This document shows, in pieces, positions 31,292 to 39,110 of a DNA stretch of 64,000 nt. The notes below the pieces were generated by a model, which was not told the origin of the DNA, did not search any database, and was given only the letters and a program-made list of their open reading frames with translations. Position 1 is the first letter of the stretch. Each line of letters opens with the position of its first letter. The position numbers were made by a program, and so were the translations under genes. The stretch comes from Patescibacteria group bacterium (GTDB lineage: Bacteria; Patescibacteriota; Minisyncoccia; Phycocordibacterales; Phycocordibacteraceae), in assembly GCA_038064695.1 (NCBI GenBank), contig JBBTSO010000005.1, positions 106,070 through 170,069 of the forward strand. The letters are read 5' to 3'.

Positions 31292-33181
31292 TTAAATTTC
31301 AATAATTAAAGGAACCAACTTAACAGTCACTTGAACAAATTGTGGGTCGCCATTGAGGTCATCACAACTTAAGGTAAAAATAGTTTCCGTGGTGAGTGCT
31401 GACGAATTGCGTAAACCTGATGAGGTAAGTCCTGAAAAAGAATCGCCATTCGTTCCCGCGATGCTACACGAACCACTTTCAATGTCAGTTGCGCTCCAGG
31501 TCAATGTCGCTGCAGTTTGTGGTTGTACCAGTTCAGATGCAGTAAAAGAAAGCGCGGCTGTAGGGAGTGATTCTTCAACACCGTCCGAAGGGCCCGTGCA
31601 GGCATTAACATCCGCGAGGTCAATAAGGTCATTTCCGTTATCGTCTAGCCCGTTAGCACACTGGGGGTTTGGAGATTCCGTTGTATCGGCAAGTGACGCG
31701 CAGCCATAGTCATTGGGATAGTCTATGAGCACATCTTCACCTGCATCATTATTTATCCCGTCTGAACACTGAGGATTGGGCGACTCGGTCGTATCAGACC
31801 CATCGGCACAACCGGGATCTGCGAGGTCTGTGTACGCGTCACCGTCATTATTTACTCCGTCGGCACACTGCGGAGTTGGATTACCAATGGTGATTGTGTG
31901 TGAGGTCCAGCCAGACTGCGCGCCCGCACTGTCTTGAGTTCGTGCCTTCACTATATATGAGTTTTGCGTAGCCCATTGGTAAAGGGTGCTTAAAAGCGTG
32001 TTTGACGTCGTGTATCCGCTCGCCGGAAGATTCAAATCAACGATTCCATCATTATTCCAGTCAACTCTGTAGCGAACCGTGTTGTTGTCGGGGTCGGATG
32101 CACGAAACGAAAACGTATAGTTGGCGCTCGTCACTCCTGTTGAAGGAGCAGTGATCGTGGGGACGTTTGGAAGTTGATTATACGTTACCGTCGCCGTATC
32201 GGTAATTTGATTCGGTGCAGAACCACCATTACATTGGTAGAGATCTGAAATGAGGTTACAGTAGGTGTTCGGACCACCTCCTCCTGACCAACTATTTACG
32301 GCACAGGTCTGTGAGCCAACGCAGGCAGTACCAGAAGGATCGGCGTTATTGGTACACTGGTTATTGGTGTAATAGTTACTATAGCTTGGTGGTGGTGGGC
32401 CTGAGCTGCACCACAAGTCAGTGACGTCCGTTACTCCTGTGTCTACCCACACACCTGGCGTTGCTGAGTACACTTCACTATCACAGGTGATGCTGTATGT
32501 TTTTGTTGTGGTGGGAGTAATAGTTACAGAACCGCTCGTGTTTCCCCCTGTAGAAAAGTTAGTGCCATTACAGAGAGTTGCGCGGGCTGAAGTCCAAGAA
32601 ATTAAAACAGAGCTTCCCGCGGTCACCGTTGTAGGAGAGACGGTTAAGTCAACGCTCGGGTCCGGTGGTGGCGGTGGATCATTGACGGTCACCGTGTCAG
32701 AAGCAGTTGCGGTAGTACACGAACCCTGACATTGAAACTGTCGGTGTGTCCACGTTCCACCTCCGTTGGAGGTACTCGACTGACATGTCCCTCCGTTTGG
32801 AGAACAACTTCCAGCTGGAGAGTAACTAATGTTTGTACTACAATTATTTGATCCAGGAGCGTCTTCAATATACGAGTCTGTTTGAACAAGTGTGCACGCT
32901 GGCGTTTCATCGTAACAAGTAACGGCGTACGTTTTAACTCCACTTGAACTTGGATATACTGTGGTGCTTCCGCTCTTTGCGTTCCCTGTTGAGAATCCGC
33001 TCCCCACACACTTCCACGCATCAGTTGAACTCCACGTAATGGTTACTGCTCCTTGCGTATATTGAGTTGCGGGAGTCGCGGTAACGGTTGCTGTTGCACC
33101 AAAAGCAAGCGTCGGGAAAAACAGTATGCTAATCATAAGCAACCCGAAGAATGAAAAGGAATTTTTTAAGTACAGCACCAT
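31292..33181 (-). CDS. Secreted Thr/Ser/Cys-rich surface protein with Ig/PKD-like domains and CxDGxxND repeats
   Basis: Signal peptide (AFG), repeated xWSS..C.G.GF Ig-like modules, DPDNNTVRYRVDW, three QCxDG repeats. Confidence 0.85.
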   Translation of the reverse strand: MVLYLKNSFSFFGLLMISILFFPTLAFGATATVTATPATQYTQGAVTITWSSTDAWKCVGSGFSTGNAKSGSTTVYPSSSGVKTYAVTCYDETPACTLVQTDSYIEDAPGSNNCSTNISYSPAGSCSPNGGTCQSSTSNGGGTWTHRQFQCQGSCTTATASDTVTVNDPPPPPDPSVDLTVSPTTVTAGSSVLISWTSARATLCNGTNFSTGGNTSGSVTITPTTTKTYSITCDSEVYSATPGVWVDTGVTDVTDLWCSSGPPPPSYSNYYTNNQCTNNADPSGTACVGSQTCAVNSWSGGGGPNTYCNLISDLYQCNGGSAPNQITDTATVTYNQLPNVPTITAPSTGVTSANYTFSFRASDPDNNTVRYRVDWNNDGIVDLNLPASGYTTSNTLLSTLYQWATQNSYIVKARTQDSAGAQSGWTSHTITIGNPTPQCADGVNNDGDAYTDLADPGCADGSDTTESPNPQCSDGINNDAGEDVLIDYPNDYGCASLADTTESPNPQCANGLDDNGNDLIDLADVNACTGPSDGVEESLPTAALSFTASELVQPQTAATLTWSATDIESGSCSIAGTNGDSFSGLTSSGLRNSSALTTETIFTLSCDDLNGDPQFVQVTVKLVPLIIEI

Positions 33182-33182
33182 A

Positions 33183-34109
33183 TTATGGAATTATAGAATA
33201 CGGCACATACCCCGCTTCAAATGTGTGCAGAAACTCACTGGGGATGGCTGGCTCTATAAAGTCCGCAAACTGATATCTTTGGAGAATGAACTCGTTATTT
33301 TCTTGATTTCTAGTGATTCCATAGAAACTGGCCGCATCCAGCGCCGCGGCATCAACAGCTGCTGGAACCTCACCGAGAGCACTCAGTTCAAAGGGAAACT
33401 CACCTTTTACTGAATATAGACTAAATCGTTTGGTGACTGGATTAAAAAACGCAATGTGTCCCCCGCGTGGAGCAACTAACGCAGCTTGCCCAATATATCC
33501 AACGGGACGGTCAGGTAATAACACCATTTTGTCTTTTAAAAGATAGTCATACGCCACCACGCCGTCGGGAGAAGAATAAATTAAAATTTTTGGATTCTCA
33601 GAAACGAGATACGGCTTAAACCCAACACCAATAACTTCTTTCTCTTCGGTATCAATATTTTGCAATACGACATTCCAGTCAGAAATGTTTTCTGAATAGA
33701 GTGTACTTCCAAAAGGCACATTGAGTTCTGCGTAGGCAACATAGGTGCCGTCAGGAGAGAAAGAAATAGCATCTTTTATGGATGAAGCGTCACTGATAAC
33801 TTTATTTCCCTCCGCCGACTCTAAAAAAATAACATTACCAATCTGGTTAGGCCAACGTACGATTGAGACGGTCGTTTTTGTGTTTGGCAAGCGCGCTCGC
33901 GCCAGTACTGACCCGTCATTTATAAAAGGGAGCGGAGTAAGTTTTTCATCACCCACTTCATACGCATCCGCTTTTATATAATTTCCTATAAGAATCTGAG
34001 TTGGCTCACGTTTGTCGGTGAGCAAAATTTTAGAAAAGAAAAACCACCCAACCACAGAAAGTAACAGTAATGAAAGAATAACAAAAGCAAAATACCTTTT
34101 CTTTATCAC
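33183..34109 (-). CDS. Membrane-anchored beta-propeller-like hypothetical protein
   Basis: N-terminal TM; FSPDGTYVAY TolB/PD40-like repeat; 1 nt from next gene. Confidence 0.75.
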   Translation of the reverse strand: MIKKRYFAFVILSLLLLSVVGWFFFSKILLTDKREPTQILIGNYIKADAYEVGDEKLTPLPFINDGSVLARARLPNTKTTVSIVRWPNQIGNVIFLESAEGNKVISDASSIKDAISFSPDGTYVAYAELNVPFGSTLYSENISDWNVVLQNIDTEEKEVIGVGFKPYLVSENPKILIYSSPDGVVAYDYLLKDKMVLLPDRPVGYIGQAALVAPRGGHIAFFNPVTKRFSLYSVKGEFPFELSALGEVPAAVDAAALDAASFYGITRNQENNEFILQRYQFADFIEPAIPSEFLHTFEAGYVPYSIIP

Positions 34110-34142
34110 GTTAACATTATACCATTGGACAAGAATATCTCT

Positions 34143-35369
34143 CTACCTTTTCCGCAACGCTTTACGATGACGCCCAATTGAAAAGCGATGCGCTTCGCTG
34201 TTTGCCAAAAGAATTGCGGCTTCGTGGGGAAAAGTTATTTTTGGGTTTCCCAACACTTCCCGAGGCCGGTGTTTTTCATCTTTCACCACCGACACAATGT
34301 CGCCGCTGTAGCCTAAATCAAAAAGTGTTTTTTTAGCACGTGCTACGTGCGCCTTCCCGCCGTCAATTACAACCAGGTGAGGTAGAGGCCACTCGCGGTG
34401 TGAAAAACGTCTCGTCAAAACTTCATCAAGCGCTGCGTAGTCGTCCCCCGCTTTTCCATTTCGAATGGTAAATAGGCGATACTGACTTTTTTGTACCTCA
34501 CCATCCTCAACTACCACCATCACCCCTCTCGGCGAACTACCCCGAAGGTGCGCCACATCAAACGCCTCAATGCGGTATGCAGTACTTTCTGGTTTTTTTA
34601 GCTCCTCTTTAATGAGTGTTAAATCCTGAATGTGTCGAAGCGCAAACACTTTTCTTTTTAACACTTCAGCTTCTTCAAAGTGGTGTGTTGCAGCTTTCGC
34701 GTTCATTTCTCGTTCTAAGCGTTTAACCAAACCGGCTTTGTTGGCAGAGAAAATATCAATAATAGCCCTGATTGTTTTTTGATACTCACCCTTATTAAAC
34801 GTTTGCGGATAGAGTCCGATAGATTGATTAAAGCGGATTTTTTTTTCTTGTGCTGGAGTTAGCTTTCCAGCACCCACAGGAAATTCTGTATCAAAAAACG
34901 GGAAAATTTTTCGTATAATTTTTAACGCTTCGCGTAATGCTACAGCACTTGGAAATGGTCCAAACAACTCTTTTACTGTTTTTGCGGGAAATCGCTGAGC
35001 AAGTTCGCGTTCTCGAACTACTAAGACCCTGGGAAATGTCTCCTTAGTCACCACGATAAAATTCCAACTTTTATTATCCTTGTTACTCGTATTTCCTACG
35101 GGAGTATATTTTTTAATAAGTTTTGCTTCTAAAATAAGTGCCTCTAACACTGAGTCAGTTTGCTCAAATTCAAGGGTTGATGCGTCAGTAACAATTTTTT
35201 CAATCAGTGGGCTCCGTATTTCTGCAATGTTTGATGCAAAATAACTTTTTACACGATCCCGAAGCGATGTTGCTTTGCCCACGTACAGCACTTCTCGTTT
35301 TGACCCGCGGAAAAAGTACACTCCGGGAGCGTCAGGAAAATCTTTAAATGAAACGTCTTTTTTGTTCAT
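34143..35369 (-). CDS. uvrC: UvrC-family excinuclease (GIY-YIG, UVR, RNase H-like; no C-terminal HhH)
   Basis: PGVY..LYVGKATSLRDRVKSYF, FEEA, IEAFDVAH, IDGG, EAHRF. Confidence 0.9.
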   Translation of the reverse strand: MNKKDVSFKDFPDAPGVYFFRGSKREVLYVGKATSLRDRVKSYFASNIAEIRSPLIEKIVTDASTLEFEQTDSVLEALILEAKLIKKYTPVGNTSNKDNKSWNFIVVTKETFPRVLVVRERELAQRFPAKTVKELFGPFPSAVALREALKIIRKIFPFFDTEFPVGAGKLTPAQEKKIRFNQSIGLYPQTFNKGEYQKTIRAIIDIFSANKAGLVKRLEREMNAKAATHHFEEAEVLKRKVFALRHIQDLTLIKEELKKPESTAYRIEAFDVAHLRGSSPRGVMVVVEDGEVQKSQYRLFTIRNGKAGDDYAALDEVLTRRFSHREWPLPHLVVIDGGKAHVARAKKTLFDLGYSGDIVSVVKDEKHRPREVLGNPKITFPHEAAILLANSEAHRFSIGRHRKALRKR

Positions 35370-35408
35370 TTTGACTAACTATACCAAACAGGGTACCGTG
35401 CGGGCAGT

Positions 35409-35747
35409 ATGGCTGAATCACTAGATGCAAAGCCGACACTAACGATTGAAAGGGTTGCTTTACTCATAGCATTTGCGAGTCTTATATATTATTACTTCAC
35501 ACCCGACATTGACTACTCAAGTGCCACGCTTGAACTGACTCCTGAACAGGAGGCTGACCGCGTCGTTACTTTTTATGAAGGACTTGGATATGACGAAGTA
35601 TACAAAGACTATGAAAACGGTGTGTGTATTGAAACTGGCGGACCACACGTACGTGCTTTTGAAACGGTCTGGAGAGGATCGATGACAGGAGGAGGAATGA
35701 TACGAGATGTAATGCGACGGTGTCTCGCGTGTGGAGAACTACTGTAA
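35409..35747 (+). CDS. Small single-TM orphan with C..H..CxxC tail
   Basis: TM helix; CIETGGPH...RRCLACG. Confidence 0.65.
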   Translation: MAESLDAKPTLTIERVALLIAFASLIYYYFTPDIDYSSATLELTPEQEADRVVTFYEGLGYDEVYKDYENGVCIETGGPHVRAFETVWRGSMTGGGMIRDVMRRCLACGELL

Positions 35748-35761
35748 CGATAGGAATAAGT

Positions 35762-38425
35762 CTATAAAACTTTCTTTACATATTCTGCTGTGTAACTTCC
35801 TTTGGCGCGGGCTACTTCCTCTGGTGTACCTTTTGCCACGATTTTCCCTCCACCCACTCCCCCGTCGGGCCCAATATCAATGAGATAATCAGACGATTTT
35901 ATCAAATCCATATTGTGTTCAATGGTCAAAACCGTGTTTCCTTTGTTTACAAGAGACTGCAAAATTTCTATAAGTTTTTTTACGTCTTCATAGTGAAGCC
36001 CGATAGTCGGTTCGTCCAAAATATAGATCGTTTTTTCCGTGTGCCTGCGATACAGTTCTGAAGAAATTTTTACACGCTGTGCTTCTCCACCTGAAAGTGT
36101 TGTAGCACTTTGCCCAAGTTCTAAATACCCAAGCCCAACATCATAGAGTGTTTGGAGCCGGTCCGCAATAGCGGGAATATCATTAAAAAACTCTAACGCT
36201 TCTTCAACGGTCATCGTGAGTACATCGTGGATATTTTTCTTTTTGTAGGTAACTTCTAAGGTTTCCTTCATAAACCGGTTTCCGTTACAAACGTCACAGG
36301 TAACGTACACGGTCGGTAAAAAGTGCATTTCAACCGCAACCGTTCCGTTTCCCTGACATGCTTCACATCGCCCTCCTTTTACGTTGAAAGAAAATCTTCC
36401 TCCCTTCCACCCACGTGCCTTCGCTTCAGACGTTGCGGCAAATAGATCGCGAATATGTGAAAACGCGCCGGTATAGGTTGCGGGGTTAGAGCGTGGTGTA
36501 CGCCCAATGGGACTCTGGTCAATCAACACCACGCGCGAAAGATATTCCGCGCCCGTAAAGGAGGTGCAGTTGTATATTTTTGCCGTTCGATAGTTACGCT
36601 CTAACTTTGCGCGCAAGTTTTTATAGAGAAGTTCATATACAAACGACGATTTCCCCGACCCCGAAACACCCGTGACTGAAATAAACTGCCCCAACGGAAC
36701 ATCAATATCCATATTTTTTATATTGAAAATGTTTCCTCCGCGCACTTTTAACTCTCCGAACTTCTGTGTGCGACGCTCCGCGGGAATTTCAATTTCCTCT
36801 TCTTTACGTAAATATGCGAGTGTCTTAGAATTGCTGTCATTCCTTTTTGCGGAAAGCAGTTTATCTAACCATCCTGCGACCACAATATCGCCTCCGTGCA
36901 CTCCCGCTCCCGGTCCAATATCTACTAAAAAATCCGAGGCGAAGATAGTATCCTCGTCGTGTTCAACTACAATAATAGTATTTCCTGCATCCCGAAGTGA
37001 CGTCAATGTTTGAATAAGGCGCGCGTTGTCTTTCTGATGAAGCCCAATCGTTGGCTCATCAAGCACGTAGAGCGCGCCCACCAATCCACTCCCCAACTGA
37101 CTTGCAAGCCTAATACGTTGTGCTTCTCCACCTGAAAGCGTGTTGGCGGTACGGTCAAGCGTCAAATACCCAATACCCACGTCAATCATAAACTGCAGGC
37201 GGTTTAAAATTTCCTTCACGACCGTATTTGAAATTTCCTGTTGTTTTTTGGTGAGCTTGAGACCTAAAACAAAATCCTGTGCGTCAACAATAGACATATG
37301 GGTTAAGTCCACGATGTTTTTCCCAAGTTCTTTTCCCTCGCCACCCAAGTACACACGGAGCGCTTCCGGACGAAGGCGTTTTCCGCTACACACTGGGCAC
37401 TCGTCGAGCGCAAAAAAACCCACGGTCCCAAGCCCGTTACATTCAGGACACGCGCCGTACGGAGAGTTGAATGAAAACAACCGCGGCTCAATTTCGGGAA
37501 ACGACGACCCATCTTCAGGGCAAATAAACTTGGCCGAAAGCAAACGTGGCTCGTCCACCCACTGGGTCAAAGACCCAGCGGAAGAAATGAACTGAGGGCT
37601 TTCAATTTTAATGAGCCCGCTTGATTCCCGAAGTGCTAGTTCTACTGCTTCGCTTAAACGTTCACTCGCGTCTGCTTTTGCAGTGTCAAACTCAGAGAGA
37701 AATATTTCATCCACCACCAAGTCAATGTCGTGGCGCTTGTTTTTATCAAGCTCTATCCGCTCGCGGAGCGAATATTCGCTTCCGTCTACCACCACTCGCT
37801 CAAATCCTTTTCCAAGGTAATCGTAAAGCATTTGGTAATACTCACCTTTTCTCCCCACCACCACTGGTGAGAGGATTTTTAACTTCGCGTTTGAATATGC
37901 TACCCCTTTGACGGTTTTTGATGTTTTTTTTAAATCAATGTCCGCAATGGACTTTAAAATAATTTTGAGAATTTCCTCTTTAGAAAGTTTTTCAATGGGC
38001 ACGTCGTGGTGCAAACAGTACGGCTGGCCCACACGCGCGTAAAGAATGCGCAGATAGTCATAAATTTCAGTAATAGTTGCGACCGTTGAACGAGGGTTAT
38101 TACTTCTGGACTTCTGATCAATAGCAATGGCGGGCGAGAGACCGGTAATTTCCTCCACGTCCGGCTTCTGCATTTGGTTCAAAAACTGCCTGGCGTACGC
38201 GGAAAGTGACTCCACGTAGCGCCGTTGTCCCTCGGCAAAAATAGTATCAAAGGCAAGTGACGATTTTCCGGATCCTGAAAGCCCCGTAAACACCACCATT
38301 TTGTTACGTGGTATTTCCAACGTAATATTTTTCAAATTGTGCGTCTTGGCACCCCGTATAACGATTTTCTCCGTCCCTAAATCAGGGGTTTCAATGACAT
38401 CTTTGACTGGTTTTTTAGAAGACAT
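35762..38425 (-). CDS. uvrA: Excinuclease ABC subunit A, lacking the insertion domain
   Basis: Two GxSGSGKS, two LSGGEAQR, FSFNSPYGACPEC; start re-called at ATG 38425. Confidence 0.97.
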   Translation of the reverse strand: MSSKKPVKDVIETPDLGTEKIVIRGAKTHNLKNITLEIPRNKMVVFTGLSGSGKSSLAFDTIFAEGQRRYVESLSAYARQFLNQMQKPDVEEITGLSPAIAIDQKSRSNNPRSTVATITEIYDYLRILYARVGQPYCLHHDVPIEKLSKEEILKIILKSIADIDLKKTSKTVKGVAYSNAKLKILSPVVVGRKGEYYQMLYDYLGKGFERVVVDGSEYSLRERIELDKNKRHDIDLVVDEIFLSEFDTAKADASERLSEAVELALRESSGLIKIESPQFISSAGSLTQWVDEPRLLSAKFICPEDGSSFPEIEPRLFSFNSPYGACPECNGLGTVGFFALDECPVCSGKRLRPEALRVYLGGEGKELGKNIVDLTHMSIVDAQDFVLGLKLTKKQQEISNTVVKEILNRLQFMIDVGIGYLTLDRTANTLSGGEAQRIRLASQLGSGLVGALYVLDEPTIGLHQKDNARLIQTLTSLRDAGNTIIVVEHDEDTIFASDFLVDIGPGAGVHGGDIVVAGWLDKLLSAKRNDSNSKTLAYLRKEEEIEIPAERRTQKFGELKVRGGNIFNIKNMDIDVPLGQFISVTGVSGSGKSSFVYELLYKNLRAKLERNYRTAKIYNCTSFTGAEYLSRVVLIDQSPIGRTPRSNPATYTGAFSHIRDLFAATSEAKARGWKGGRFSFNVKGGRCEACQGNGTVAVEMHFLPTVYVTCDVCNGNRFMKETLEVTYKKKNIHDVLTMTVEEALEFFNDIPAIADRLQTLYDVGLGYLELGQSATTLSGGEAQRVKISSELYRRHTEKTIYILDEPTIGLHYEDVKKLIEILQSLVNKGNTVLTIEHNMDLIKSSDYLIDIGPDGGVGGGKIVAKGTPEEVARAKGSYTAEYVKKVL

Positions 38426-38486
38426 ACACGTAAACACACCCGCTTCGGACGATGTATGTACCTATCGTACCATAAAGACGTTTAAG

Positions 38487-38678
38487 TTACGGGGATTTTA
38501 CGAGACGAGAGGCAATTTTTGACATAATGAAGAAAAAGGCAGCCCAAATAATAACTTGACTACCAATCAAACCTACCTGTTCAACGGTACTCAAAGAATT
38601 CCACGCCTCAACGATAGGTGTCACATCTTCACCTTCTTTTGGAGAAGCTTTTTCAAGCAATGGACCTAGTATACTCAT
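38487..38678 (-). CDS. Small membrane orphan
   Basis: 63 aa, C-terminal TM; TTGACA-17-TAAAAT then 7 nt to ATG. Confidence 0.65.
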   Translation of the reverse strand: MSILGPLLEKASPKEGEDVTPIVEAWNSLSTVEQVGLIGSQVIIWAAFFFIMSKIASRLVKSP

Positions 38679-38708
38679 GAAACCTATTTTATACTAGTTT
38701 TTTAAATA

Positions 38709-38760
38709 TGTCAATCTTCCTGCAAATACCTCATTTTAGGCCTTATTTTGCGGGCTGGTT
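38709..38760 (-). repeat. Diverged duplicate of the uvrB 3' end
   Basis: tgtcaatcttcctgcaaatacctcattttaggccttattttgcgggctggtt vs 39109-39160, 4 mismatches, all synonymous (PARKIRPKMRYLQED-stop). Confidence 0.9.
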
Positions 38761-38816
38761 CGATAGGTAGATAAATAATTACCTTATATGGTAATTATTT
38801 TTATATATGAAAACAG

Positions 38817-38842
38817 TAAAAACCCGCCTGAGGCGAGTTTTT
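38817..38842. terminator. Intrinsic terminator hairpin
   Basis: aaaaacccgcc-tga-ggcgagttttt. Confidence 0.6.
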
Positions 38843-38938
38843 GTTTACATTTTTCACTGAGAAAGACACTGATCATTCTCCAGAGATGTGTTTCAGTGAT
38901 GCACTTAGCCAAAAATCCACCATACGGCGGATTTAATA

Positions 38939-39076
38939 CTAACGAATTTTGTTTTCGTTAGGGAAATAATCAAGGTGATTTTCTGCATTCCAATAACCCA
39001 ATACAAAACCAGCAACGACACCGGCTATAGCAGTTAGAGACATTGAGATGATAAGATCGCGTGTATTTTGATTCAT
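38939..39076 (-). CDS. 45 aa single-TM orphan (not in ORF track)
   Basis: MNQNTRDLIISMSLTAIAGVVAGFVLGYWNAENHLDYFPNENKIR; TTGACA-17-TACTAT then 9 nt to ATG. Confidence 0.6.
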   Translation of the reverse strand: MNQNTRDLIISMSLTAIAGVVAGFVLGYWNAENHLDYFPNENKIR

Positions 39077-39110
39077 ACAACTTGCATAGTATCATTCAAA
39101 GTGAAATTTG

